NCBI GenBank assembly: GCA_016187335.1
Contig: JACPJW010000001.1
Location: 384,001-448,000, forward strand
Length of the DNA stretch: 64,000 nt
DNA from: Candidatus Aenigmatarchaeota archaeon
GTDB taxonomy: Archaea; Aenigmatarchaeota; Aenigmatarchaeia; GW2011-AR5
Reading direction: 5' to 3'
How positions within the stretch are numbered: position 1 is the stretch's first letter; each line of letters begins with the position of its first letter. Made by a program: the position numbers and the translations under genes. Of the stretch, positions 28,150-37,245 are shown one piece after another. The notes beneath the pieces are model-generated. The model was not told where the DNA came from, did no database searches, and was given only the letters and a program-made list of their open reading frames with translations.

Positions 28150-28568
28150 ATGGATGGAAAATATACTTTTTTCGTTTTCAAAGCTTCCAACGCTATTTTT
28201 ACCGGTTCGAAAAGCGGTTTAGGCAGATTTTTCAGGTCAAACCACTTAAGTTCGCTGATATTTTCTTTGTCGACAATCCTTGGCTTGCCGGATTTTATTT
28301 TCGCAGTAAATTCCACATCAACGTAGTGTTTTTTGCCGTATTTCATTATGTCGCTGATGCACAGCAGCCTTAGATTACCGACTTCAAGTCCGACCTCTTC
28401 CTTTACCTCTCTCTTGGCGCATTCTTCCAGCGTCTCGCCAAATTCAACATGGCCGCCGAACCCTGACCATTCTCCTTCGCCGTGAGAGCCCTTTCTCCTG
28501 CCCAGCAAAATCTTGTTGCCCTGTATTATCTGGCATCCTACGCCTACCAGAGGCCTTTCCTTTCTCAT
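28140..28568 (-). CDS. NUDIX hydrolase (MTH1/NUDT15-like) between tRNA-Asn and tRNA-Phe
   Basis: GGHVEFGETLEECAKREVKEEVG; start MRKERP 4 nt after tRNA-Asn; stop inside the tRNA-Phe 5' end. Confidence 0.88.
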   Translation of the reverse strand: MRKERPLVGVGCQIIQGNKILLGRRKGSHGEGEWSGFGGHVEFGETLEECAKREVKEEVGLEVGNLRLLCISDIMKYGKKHYVDVEFTAKIKSGKPRIVDKENISELKWFDLKNLPKPLFEPVKIALEALKTKKVYFPSMGR

Positions 28569-28571
28569 GAG

Positions 28572-28690
28572 CGCCCCGGGACGGACTCGAACCGTCGACC
28601 TTCTGCAATTAGTCAAGAAATCCAAAAACTTGCTTGACTGTTAACAGCCAGACGCTTTAGGCGTCTATCTACCTGCTGAGCTACCAGGGC
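28572..28690 (-). tRNA. tRNA-Asn(GUU) with introns at 22/23 (28657-28668) and 39/40 (28606-28639)
   Basis: Acceptor GCCCTGG/CCGGGGC; helices AGGT/GCCT and GTTA/TAAT with 3-nt bulges; splicing restores TCTGG-CTGTTAA-CCAGA. Confidence 0.92.
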
Positions 28691-28727
28691 ATGCGTAGAA
28701 ATAATCTGAGAATTAATATTTAAAACG

Positions 28728-29576
28728 TTAGAAGAAAGGCCTTATTACAAGCGCGGTTCCTGCGATAATGAACAATGCGCCAATGAGCCTTCTTATCAGG
28801 TCTCCTTCCTTGTGGAACAGGTATCCGCCGAGAACGCTTATGACAATGCTCATCTGAACTACTATGGCTACGTTGCTCACGTCCGTCAAATTATACGCCG
28901 TTATCTGCGAGAAATACCCGGCGGCAGCCAGCAAAGAAACGGCTATCATAGGCATTTTCATCTTATGAAATGAAGCCTTAACTCTGTCGGCCCTGCCAAG
29001 CGCGGCTGGGGTAAGTATCATTGTAGGAAAAAGAAATACGAGAAATCCGTAGAATGCCGGGGTGAAATAAGCCAGACCTGTTTTGTCGATTACCGCTACC
29101 AAGCCCATAAGAAATGCGTTAATCAAAGTCAGAATTATACCCTTCTTGGAAATCCTTTTCAGCGGGTCTTTGTGCCATGCAAGGATTACAGCGCCTATCA
29201 GCAGCAAAAAGACGCCGAGGAACTTGTTAATCGTTAGCGATTCCTTCAGAATCAGCATAGAAAATATCAGCGTGAATAAAACGCTGGTCTTGGACAGCGG
29301 ATCCCTTACAGAAATATCAGTATGCTTGTAAGCTTCGAGGCCCGTCACGTTGGCCAAAACGTACAATGAACTCGCAAGCAGGACAATCAGCCACGCAATG
29401 TAGCTGGGCGGGAAGCTGGCTTCCCTCACAAACAGGAGAAAAAAGAAAGCCGCTGAAAAGACGTTGAAGAACCATGCATACACTATGGTGTTTTCCGTCT
29501 TCATTATATGCTTCTGGACAAGATTCCCCGCGCCGTAGCAAAGAGCCGCGAAAAGCGCGAGCAGTTCCCATGACAT
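28728..29576 (-). CDS. EamA/DMT-family transporter
   Basis: Ten hydrophobic segments arranged as two repeats. Confidence 0.9.
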   Translation of the reverse strand: MSWELLALFAALCYGAGNLVQKHIMKTENTIVYAWFFNVFSAAFFFLLFVREASFPPSYIAWLIVLLASSLYVLANVTGLEAYKHTDISVRDPLSKTSVLFTLIFSMLILKESLTINKFLGVFLLLIGAVILAWHKDPLKRISKKGIILTLINAFLMGLVAVIDKTGLAYFTPAFYGFLVFLFPTMILTPAALGRADRVKASFHKMKMPMIAVSLLAAAGYFSQITAYNLTDVSNVAIVVQMSIVISVLGGYLFHKEGDLIRRLIGALFIIAGTALVIRPFF

Positions 29577-29600
29577 TAGAATACCTTGAGAAACAGGCTT

Positions 29601-32315
29601 TTAATCCAGGAAATCGCCCTTCTTCAGCTTATTAGGAAGGTAGGTCTCGGACATGAACTTAAGGCCGCGGTGCGACAAAGCTTCTATCTCGGCTTTTATT
29701 CCTTTTTCTATCATCAGGTTGATTTCCTTCTTCCATCTCGGGTTCTTGCTAAACCACTCGTAGTTGAGTAGTTCCTTCGCGCGCTTTATGTCAACTTCCT
29801 TGCATTTTATTGTCGCTTTTTTCAGGTCATACTCAAATATATCCGATATAGTAAGACCTATGTATCTGGCTTCCGGTGTCGCAATCCGATCTGAGACGTG
29901 AGCTAGGCTTATGGATCCGGATTTGATAACTGAATAAATATAGAAGCCGTACGAATCACTGTCGCAGCATACATATACAGGCAGCTTGTGATCTTGGTTC
30001 AGCCTTTGTATCAGCAGCCTTGTTCCGCGTGATGGCTGCCCGCCTGTGCCGATCAAAACGCACTTCTGTTTCTGCCAGAACTTGTCCTCATGAAGCCGCT
30101 CAAAGCCTGCGTTCTTCTCCACGACCAAGACAAAGTCCGCGTTGACTTTTTTGAAATCTATTTCATCCACGGTGCTCGGTATGGACCATCCCCCGCTTCC
30201 GAGCTTTGACCAGTCTATGCTGTCGCCGCGGTCTTCAATAATAACGTTGCCGGCGACAATGCCCTTTCTGTCGGTGGTGAGGTGCAATTGCTCGCGCAGA
30301 ACGTCTATAGCCACTTCTATGTCAACAATTATAGGGTCAGAATTATGTAGAATTATAAATCCATTACCACCAATGAAATTCTCAGTAGGTTCGACTGAAA
30401 GATCAACTGTATATTCAGGAGTTGGAGCGTCATTTATTTCAACTATCTTGTCCCACATAATGTCACTATTAGCTATGGTTTCAAGTTCGGATACCAGCTG
30501 TAAATCTGGAGAATACTTTTGTAACTGCATCAAGGCGTTATATAACACAGGTCTGCTTATCGATTCGTTTTTATTTTCTATATAACTCCATGAAAAGTGG
30601 TTCCATTCAACACGATCCTTACAGGACTTTCTGACTTTTTCTACCAATTTCCCTATGTTTGGTATCCTGTCAGAAGATACGTCGTGTTTCCGCGGCTTAC
30701 TGAATCTTTTATCATTGATTATTTCAGCCATCAATTTTACATCTTCTCTATTACCTATTCTAATTTCATATGCGTTATGGTGATTAGGATTTTGGACGCT
30801 TCTTTTATAGCGATAAATTCTTGCAAAAATTCCAAGCCTAAGCAGTAAAAATACCAATCCGTTAGCCAGCTTTTCGCTAGTTGTGTGGTACCTTAATCTA
30901 AATTTTGGAAGAAAAGTACTACCGTCTCCAAGCATAAACGAGAAAAGAAACATCTGTATACAATTTTCAGGTGAATCAAGCAAAACACGCGGTATTTCTT
31001 TATTCCATGCTCTGCAAGGCTTATACCCAATAACATAAGTCAATATGTGACTCAAAGTATCGTAACCTACATTTAGCTTATAAACTCCATCTTTACCTAA
31101 ACGTATCTTTCCGCTTACACAGCTTTTACCAAATGATTTTTCAAAGCAAATCATAAACTGCTTGAGAAGCTCTGAAGATTTGTTAGAAATAGCTACATGG
31201 TATGATTTTCGTGGTTCAAAAAGTGAATGCGAGCCTTCGCTCAAAAGAAGCCCTAGTACAAATCCTAAATTTTCATCTTTTTTTATTAAAGCGTTGTAAT
31301 AGTTCTTTGCACCCCTTCTTCCAATTTTTATTTTAGGAAGCAGATCTGAAATATCAATTCCGGTCGTTTTTACGACTTTAATTGGAATTGTTTTCCAGTT
31401 AATCCAGTTGGCTTTAACGTCAGACCATACATTCTTGTATCCGAAGTCATTTGAAATATTTTTTAGCTTATCATTACCTATAAGCCTGATTATTTCTTTT
31501 ATCGTGTCTTTATCCGATTTTATGTAAAATTCTTTTAATACACTTTCAGGGCAATTTTCAATAAGCTTTTCTAAAATATTTATATGATCAGAATTAACAC
31601 CGACTTCTATTTTTCTTGGGATGGCTATCCAGTCTCCTATCTTTAGTTCTGATGTTTTTATGGATACAGGTTTTCCTTCAGAATTTGTAAACAAGCTGTG
31701 AGATTTAGTTACTTTGACACGCCTGCCACTTGATGTGATTATTTCCTTTACAATGTTAGGCGGGTGTTTCATTACCATCAGAACTTTCTGCTCCTTAATC
31801 CTGTAATTTTCATCGAAAGCGCAAACCTTAATGTCGCCAACTAAAATCTTCTTTTTATTACCATCATCATAAATAATTCTCCCAAATTTTTCAGCATGGT
31901 CTACGACTTCGCTTGCTTGAGCTATTCTGAGTTCATCGTTTATTCTTACCAACAAAGGTTCATCGGGGCATACAGACTCGCTCTGCTCGTCAAAGGTATT
32001 CTCGTTGCTGTCCGGCAGTGTCCTTTTCAGGTTGTAGTACATGTCTCGGATGCTGGCATGGATTTTCTCATCAATGAGCGATTTACAGAAAGCACCGACC
32101 ATAAGCGTCTGCATGAACTTCTTGGAGTGCGCGACGTTGAAGTAATACCTTTTTGCTGTCTTGGTGCCAAGCCTGAGCTGGCCGGTTTTCCTGTCGTAAA
32201 CTACGTTGGAAAGAGCGCGTATTGGTATCTCTATGTTCGGGTTCTCGCCTTTCTCTATGTCATGCACGACTTTCTTGCCCAGAACATTCAGTTCCTTTCT
32301 TACGTCTTTTTCCAT
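29601..32315 (-). CDS. top6A: DNA topoisomerase VI subunit A, intein-containing
   Basis: IRDMYY catalytic Tyr region, VVEKNAGFERL, TGGQPSRGTR, DSDSYG toprim, KAEIEAL. Confidence 0.95.
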   Translation of the reverse strand: MEKDVRKELNVLGKKVVHDIEKGENPNIEIPIRALSNVVYDRKTGQLRLGTKTAKRYYFNVAHSKKFMQTLMVGAFCKSLIDEKIHASIRDMYYNLKRTLPDSNENTFDEQSESVCPDEPLLVRINDELRIAQASEVVDHAEKFGRIIYDDGNKKKILVGDIKVCAFDENYRIKEQKVLMVMKHPPNIVKEIITSSGRRVKVTKSHSLFTNSEGKPVSIKTSELKIGDWIAIPRKIEVGVNSDHINILEKLIENCPESVLKEFYIKSDKDTIKEIIRLIGNDKLKNISNDFGYKNVWSDVKANWINWKTIPIKVVKTTGIDISDLLPKIKIGRRGAKNYYNALIKKDENLGFVLGLLLSEGSHSLFEPRKSYHVAISNKSSELLKQFMICFEKSFGKSCVSGKIRLGKDGVYKLNVGYDTLSHILTYVIGYKPCRAWNKEIPRVLLDSPENCIQMFLFSFMLGDGSTFLPKFRLRYHTTSEKLANGLVFLLLRLGIFARIYRYKRSVQNPNHHNAYEIRIGNREDVKLMAEIINDKRFSKPRKHDVSSDRIPNIGKLVEKVRKSCKDRVEWNHFSWSYIENKNESISRPVLYNALMQLQKYSPDLQLVSELETIANSDIMWDKIVEINDAPTPEYTVDLSVEPTENFIGGNGFIILHNSDPIIVDIEVAIDVLREQLHLTTDRKGIVAGNVIIEDRGDSIDWSKLGSGGWSIPSTVDEIDFKKVNADFVLVVEKNAGFERLHEDKFWQKQKCVLIGTGGQPSRGTRLLIQRLNQDHKLPVYVCCDSDSYGFYIYSVIKSGSISLAHVSDRIATPEARYIGLTISDIFEYDLKKATIKCKEVDIKRAKELLNYEWFSKNPRWKKEINLMIEKGIKAEIEALSHRGLKFMSETYLPNKLKKGDFLD
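30342..31976 (-). mobile_element. Intein (545 aa) with LAGLIDADG homing endonuclease in Top6A
   Basis: DEQSE|SVCPDEP...GFIILHN|SDPII; VKVTKSHSLF block B; LGLLLSEGS and FMLGDGS motifs; AT-rich. Confidence 0.93.
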
Positions 32316-32353
32316 AGAATCACTTTCCCAAAATATGGTTCCATTCCGCTTTA

Positions 32354-34006
32354 CTATTCTTCTTCAGCTTCTTCAGGCTTTTCTTTTTTAGGGTTCGACT
32401 GCGCAGCCGCCAGCTGCGGCGGCTGGACCGTTTCCAGCTCTTCGAAATCTTTCATCTTGTTCTTGTTTTCTATTATGGACAGCAGCTTCTTTTCTATAAC
32501 AGCATCCTTGTCGCCCGTGAGAACGGACAGCGACGAGGCAACCTCCTTTGCGTACCTTTCAAAAATCTGTATCCTGCGTTTCTGCTCGCCGGCGCGCCGC
32601 TTTCCCGAAAGGTAGCGGGACAGCTCACGTGCCGCGTCCTGTATTGCCAGCTTCATTTCCTTGACAATTTCCGGGTACGGCGCAATGGCTTCTTTGCTTT
32701 CCGAAACGAAGGGCACCCACACGGACGACATGTGTATTACGAGAATCATGGGGCCTGATGGCAGCGAGTTCTTCGGATGCTGCAAGCCATACCGCTTCCA
32801 GTCCACGTCCTTGGCAGCTTCCGTCGTTGCGCAAGCGCCTGCTTGGTAGAGAAGAGGCACCCTGTTTGCAATTCTTATCACGTCTATCTGCTCTTCCAAA
32901 GCGCCTACATTGCCGAAAACGATGCCGATTTCAATCTGGAAAGGCATGCCGCGATAAACTTCACTTTCCCTTCCAATCACGGTTATAAATTCAGCCTGCG
33001 GATATTCCTTTTTCAGGCTTTTCTCGAGCTCTGCTTTCCCTACAGGCGACAGGCAATCCAAAGGAGGCCTTTGTATCTTGACTTTCTGCATGGCGCTGAG
33101 CAGTTTTTCTATTCCCGCCCTGTCAAGCGCCTGGGGCTTTCCGTTCGGATCTATTTTTGCCGTTTTGCATATTTCCTTTGCTGTCTGCGACCCCACGGAA
33201 GAGAACTCGTTTACAAGAAATGACTGCACGGTCTTTGAATTTGTTTTTGACAGGAACCGCTGCAGAATTCCGAACTCAACGCCGTAGGGGTGCATTCTCA
33301 TTTCCTTCGGCGGCTTCGGGAGATCGTCAAAGCTCCTTGGAAATGCCATCTTTGTTCCGTCGGGGGCGTGATAATTTATCTTTGCGAAAGGGTTTGAGAT
33401 GCTCGTCTGCTTGAGATAGTCGTCAACGCCCTGCGTTTTCCTGTAGCGCCCGACAACATCAATTTCAACTTTAACGCCGCGCTCCAGCCCGTCTTCCAGC
33501 GTTTCTTCCTTCACGATTTCCGGCTCGTTCTTGCTTGTGTTGATAAAAAGCTCGTAGTAACTGACCTTTTTCTTTTCGTCGGTCCTGGACCATACCTTTG
33601 TGGGGGAGCCTGTTGTAAGCTGCGAATAGAGCACCACAGCGGAAATTCCTATGCCCTGCTGGCCTCTTGACTGGCGAAGACGGTGGAACTTGCTGCCATA
33701 AAGCAGTTTTCCGAAAATTCTGGGCACTTGTTCTTTCACGATGCCCGGTCCGTTGTCCTGTACGGTCACGCGGAAGCGGTCCTCCCCGGTCTGCTTTATT
33801 TTCACGTTGATGTCCGGCAGAATGCCTGCTTCCTCGCATGCGTCTAGGGAGTTGTCCACGGCTTCCTTTACGGTCATCAGCAGCGCTTTTGTCGGGTTGT
33901 CAAAGCCCAAGAGATGCTTGTTTTTTTCAAAGAACTCGCTTATTGATATTTCCTTCTGCTCTTTAGCAAACTCCTCAGCGGTTTTTTTCGGGGATTTGTC
34001 AGACAT
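32354..34006 (-). CDS. top6B: DNA topoisomerase VI subunit B
   Basis: EAVDNSLDA, DNGPG, GSKFH, RGQQGIG GHKL motifs; ANRVPL. Confidence 0.97.
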   Translation of the reverse strand: MSDKSPKKTAEEFAKEQKEISISEFFEKNKHLLGFDNPTKALLMTVKEAVDNSLDACEEAGILPDINVKIKQTGEDRFRVTVQDNGPGIVKEQVPRIFGKLLYGSKFHRLRQSRGQQGIGISAVVLYSQLTTGSPTKVWSRTDEKKKVSYYELFINTSKNEPEIVKEETLEDGLERGVKVEIDVVGRYRKTQGVDDYLKQTSISNPFAKINYHAPDGTKMAFPRSFDDLPKPPKEMRMHPYGVEFGILQRFLSKTNSKTVQSFLVNEFSSVGSQTAKEICKTAKIDPNGKPQALDRAGIEKLLSAMQKVKIQRPPLDCLSPVGKAELEKSLKKEYPQAEFITVIGRESEVYRGMPFQIEIGIVFGNVGALEEQIDVIRIANRVPLLYQAGACATTEAAKDVDWKRYGLQHPKNSLPSGPMILVIHMSSVWVPFVSESKEAIAPYPEIVKEMKLAIQDAARELSRYLSGKRRAGEQKRRIQIFERYAKEVASSLSVLTGDKDAVIEKKLLSIIENKNKMKDFEELETVQPPQLAAAQSNPKKEKPEEAEEE

Positions 34007-34036
34007 TATTCCGGACTCCTAAGGTTTGAAAGTCGC

Positions 34037-34057
34037 CGAAACTTCTCTGAAGTTTCG
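34037..34057. repeat. Palindrome related to the repeat family
   Basis: CGAAACTTC-TCT-GAAGTTTCG. Confidence 0.55.
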
Positions 34058-34090
34058 TGCGAAATGCTTTTGCCTGCAATGCATTTTATT

Positions 34091-34585
34091 TTATACGAGG
34101 AGATGAATTCTTTTTATGCCAATGGATTTGTAAACACTTTTATGCGAGTGCCCTATAATTAATCTCTCAACGGCGCCTCTGGCCTTTTCTGCATCCTCGT
34201 ATCTGCCTATAATCGAGACAGTTCTGCCGTAAACGGATATGAACGTCTTCGTCATAATCTCTATGTTTTTTCTGGCCTTGCCTCTGGTTCCAATTATCCT
34301 TGAGCGAACCCTTTTTAATGCTTTTTCGTTTTTCGGAAGCGGTATCATGTCAAGGGTGTATTCCTCGTCCAGCAGGTACATGGACCTCTCAGGAGAAAAC
34401 CCGCGCCCTATGGCCTTCACTATGTTTTCCGCGTTCATTACGCGGAGCGCATCGCCCTCTATTTCAACATCTTCATTCACAGATATTTTTACTTCTGCAA
34501 GATTTTCTATCTCCTTTTTTACCAGGCCGCCTTTTCCTATCAGAACGGCAAGTCTCTCTTTTGGTATCTTGACAACCCTGAGCAT
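34091..34585 (-). CDS. KH-domain RNA-processing protein (Dim2/Pno1/Krr1 homolog)
   Basis: LIGKGG, KAIGRGFSPE, IIGTRGK. Confidence 0.92.
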   Translation of the reverse strand: MLRVVKIPKERLAVLIGKGGLVKKEIENLAEVKISVNEDVEIEGDALRVMNAENIVKAIGRGFSPERSMYLLDEEYTLDMIPLPKNEKALKRVRSRIIGTRGKARKNIEIMTKTFISVYGRTVSIIGRYEDAEKARGAVERLIIGHSHKSVYKSIGIKRIHLLV

Positions 34586-34589
34586 AAAA

Positions 34590-34880
34590 TCACTCTACGA
34601 GAAGTATGCCTTTCCTTTTCAGCCACGAAGCCTCTGTGGGGTTGTATTTCCATATTATGTCGCCGCTTTTCTCTCCTTGCACGCTCCACGGCTCTACGAG
34701 GACGGCATCGTCCTTCCTTATCCATATCCTTTTTCTCAGCTTGCCCGGTATCCTGCATATCCGCATTCTGTTGTCCTGGCACCGGACCATGAGCTTGTTG
34801 GAGCCTAGCATGGATTCTACTATGCCCAAAACTTCCTTGCCCCTCGGGATCCTCACGCGGAATACAGGCTGCTCAACCAT
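34590..34880 (-). CDS. eif1a: Translation initiation factor aIF-1A
   Basis: MLGSNK, CRIPGKLRKRIWIR, VEPW. Confidence 0.96.
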   Translation of the reverse strand: MVEQPVFRVRIPRGKEVLGIVESMLGSNKLMVRCQDNRMRICRIPGKLRKRIWIRKDDAVLVEPWSVQGEKSGDIIWKYNPTEASWLKRKGILLVE

Positions 34881-34884
34881 GAAA

Positions 34885-35505
34885 TCACCTTATGGAATAA
34901 TAGTCCCTGTAAAGCTTCTTTCCTTTCTTCTCCGTTATAAGCTTGTAGCTTTTCTTTATCTGAAAATTTTTAAGCATGCCAGCAATCCTTGCCGCGGTTC
35001 TTTTGTCGATAAATTTAACGTTGCAGCCGTCTTTGTCGCTTTCCGAAAACGCTTCGCCTTCCCCGGTCAGGAGAGAAACCTTTCTGATTATTTTTTTCAT
35101 TCTGTCGCCTCTTATCTGGAAGATTGCCTGGTAGTATCCGCTCAGCAATTTAATGCAGGAATCGCACTTTCCCCTTTCTATAAGGAGCGGCACTGTTTTT
35201 TTCTCTCCCTTTATTTTTTTGCTGGGTTTAACGTAACCGCTGCATGAAAATTCCGCCTTGCCGTTGCCAACCCTGATATTCATGTCCGATATCCTGTTTC
35301 TGGAAGATACCTTGCTTTCCAGTATTTTTTCCAGAGTGTTTTTTACCCACCCTTTGTCGTAATAAGCGCCGCAGCTGGTGCAGTGCCTGAGGAGTATTTT
35401 CTCCGGCACTTCAAAAAGGCTCCTGCTTTTCAGGAAGCATTTTTCACAGTAGTTGCTGGAGAAAACAGGCGAGCCGCAAACTATGCATATCTGCTGCGTT
35501 TTCAT
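34885..35505 (-). CDS. NMD3-related protein (short form)
   Basis: CxxC pairs, CDSC..LSGYYQAIFQIR, KSYKL. Confidence 0.85.
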   Translation of the reverse strand: MKTQQICIVCGSPVFSSNYCEKCFLKSRSLFEVPEKILLRHCTSCGAYYDKGWVKNTLEKILESKVSSRNRISDMNIRVGNGKAEFSCSGYVKPSKKIKGEKKTVPLLIERGKCDSCIKLLSGYYQAIFQIRGDRMKKIIRKVSLLTGEGEAFSESDKDGCNVKFIDKRTAARIAGMLKNFQIKKSYKLITEKKGKKLYRDYYSIR

Positions 35506-35550
35506 GCGATGAAATTTGCTGTAAAGTATAAGAACACATGACGGATACAT

Positions 35551-35640
35551 TTTTTTGACAGAACTTTTTCCTAAAAAGTTCTTTTTGATTAAACTTTTTC
35601 CTAAAAAGTTCTTTTTGATTAAACTTTTTCCTAAAAAGTT
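35551..35640. repeat. Three tandem 30-bp palindromic repeat units
   Basis: (C/T)TTTTTGA(TTA/CAG)AACTTTTTCCTAAAAAGTT x3; units 2 and 3 identical. Confidence 0.95.
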
Positions 35641-36695
35641 TAGAAGAAGACCTTCCAGAACAACAGGCTCAATTCAAACTGATCGCCGCCAATTGATGAA
35701 AGGAGAGAGCTTTCCGAAAAAGACGGCGCCGGTGTTTTCTTGAAATTGTCCATTTTGTAATGTTCACCGGAAGCCCACATAAGCGCCGCCTTCGTAAGGT
35801 TCTTCGTCTCCTGCGCGCCCTGAGTGTCTTTTGCATAGTCGTATCCCGAAAACCACACGGTTCGCCCATGGTTGTTCACAATGAACTGGTTTATCTTCAC
35901 ATAGGATATCTGGTTTCCTGGCGATGTTATTATAACGGACTTGTCCGTTACTTCAATCTGGTTTACGCCGCCGCCTGAAAATTCGCTGAATGCCGCGCTG
36001 GCGGGGTCTTTGCCAGTTAAGCCTCTGTAATATTTCGCTATCTTGTAAGAAACCTTTGAAGGCGTTACGGTGCTGTAAAATATTCCTTCGCCCCCGCCGC
36101 TCCCGGTCCACCTCAAATCAAAGACGCTGTTCATGAATCCGTCGCTTACCTGGTTTTCCGTCAGGTGCCCGAGCATGAATATTGTCCCGCCGCCGTCAAG
36201 GAAGCTGTTCAGCGCTGACATGTACGGATTGAGATTCTCATACCCGATTATGAAGGCAACGTCGGTCCGGGGGTTTATGTTGTTCAGGTTGTCGAGCCTC
36301 TGGATCCTCACGTCTATTTCCCTGTCCTTGTAGCCGAAGCGAAGAGGTGCAAGGAGAGATTCAAGGTCATCTTTCTCTGTTTCACTGCAGAAGCATTCGA
36401 CGTAAATTATGTCGTTGGGAATATCCCTGACTTCCAGCGAGAATTCTATGTTAGGGGGAAGGGTTTTCCTAAGGTCGTTGTTCAGCGAAGCTGCGTCATT
36501 GTTCTTCACATAGCCGGCAAGTTTGCCGCTTTTTTCCAAAGCAATAAGCGATTCCTTTGTCCTGGTGCTCAGAACCACGTCGTCCCACGAAGTCTGCTGC
36601 GTTGTGGGCAGGAAAAAATAGGATACTGAGGCTATGAGGATTATGGAAGCTATGATGGCTTCAAGCACCCTTATGAAACCTTTCATTATACCCAC
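35640..36695 (-). CDS. Pilin-like protein with class III signal peptide
   Basis: MKG|FIRVLEAIIA followed by a hydrophobic segment; located in the pilus locus. Confidence 0.75.
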   Translation of the reverse strand: MGIMKGFIRVLEAIIASIILIASVSYFFLPTTQQTSWDDVVLSTRTKESLIALEKSGKLAGYVKNNDAASLNNDLRKTLPPNIEFSLEVRDIPNDIIYVECFCSETEKDDLESLLAPLRFGYKDREIDVRIQRLDNLNNINPRTDVAFIIGYENLNPYMSALNSFLDGGGTIFMLGHLTENQVSDGFMNSVFDLRWTGSGGGEGIFYSTVTPSKVSYKIAKYYRGLTGKDPASAAFSEFSGGGVNQIEVTDKSVIITSPGNQISYVKINQFIVNNHGRTVWFSGYDYAKDTQGAQETKNLTKAALMWASGEHYKMDNFKKTPAPSFSESSLLSSIGGDQFELSLLFWKVFF

Positions 36696-36729
36696 CTTCG
36701 TCCTTGCTGCGACCCCATTTCATTTTTCA

Positions 36730-37227
36730 TCATGCGACGCCTACTTCTATGCTCACCCTTTCTTTGCTTTCCAAGACCCCGTATCTTTTCACGAGCGACT
36801 GCGGCAAAACAAGCGTAGCGACGGGCGGGGCGCAGTAAACATAAACCTCGTTTGTTTCCACGTTGGTTATGTTTATGACGACAGCGAAATTGGGGTCGCC
36901 AGTTACCAGGTCCCTCACATTGTTGTAGTTATCGCTGCACATCCCCTTCAGGGCGTTTATTTTCTGCATTGATATGACATATTTTTCCGGGGTTGACAGC
37001 CCGATTCTCTTCACGTTGCCGCTGTTCCAGTTTTTTGGTGCTCCCTCGTCCAGAAGAAGCGCTTCGGACATGGAAAAGCTTCTTGACCTCAGGGAAGATA
37101 CCAGGGAGCCCTCGTGAAACTGCGGCACGTTGTTGGCCACGCTTATAATCAGAAAAAAAACCGTGCCTAAAAACACAAGGACAGAAATGATAAACTCTAT
37201 GTTCACTACTCCCTTCATTTTGAACAC
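36730..37227 (-). CDS. Pilin-like protein
   Basis: MKG|VVNIEFIISVLVFL. Confidence 0.75.
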   Translation of the reverse strand: MFKMKGVVNIEFIISVLVFLGTVFFLIISVANNVPQFHEGSLVSSLRSRSFSMSEALLLDEGAPKNWNSGNVKRIGLSTPEKYVISMQKINALKGMCSDNYNNVRDLVTGDPNFAVVINITNVETNEVYVYCAPPVATLVLPQSLVKRYGVLESKERVSIEVGVA

Positions 37228-37245
37228 CGATACGATTCTCTGTCT

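Noticed and set aside
28569-28625. N-terminal extension of the NUDIX ORF in the track
   Set aside because: Reads through tRNA-Asn; the start at 28568 is preferred.
31896-32615. Long antisense ORFs over housekeeping genes (e.g. 31896-32615, 10868-11659, 5787-6440)
   Set aside because: Typical reverse-strand shadows of real CDSs with no independent motifs.
35551-35640. CRISPR array interpretation of the 30-bp repeats
   Set aside because: Units are contiguous with no spacers, and no cas genes are in the window.
35555-35743. ORF MTELFPKKFFLIKLFPKK...
   Set aside because: It is just the translation of the tandem repeat and overlaps a real gene antisense.
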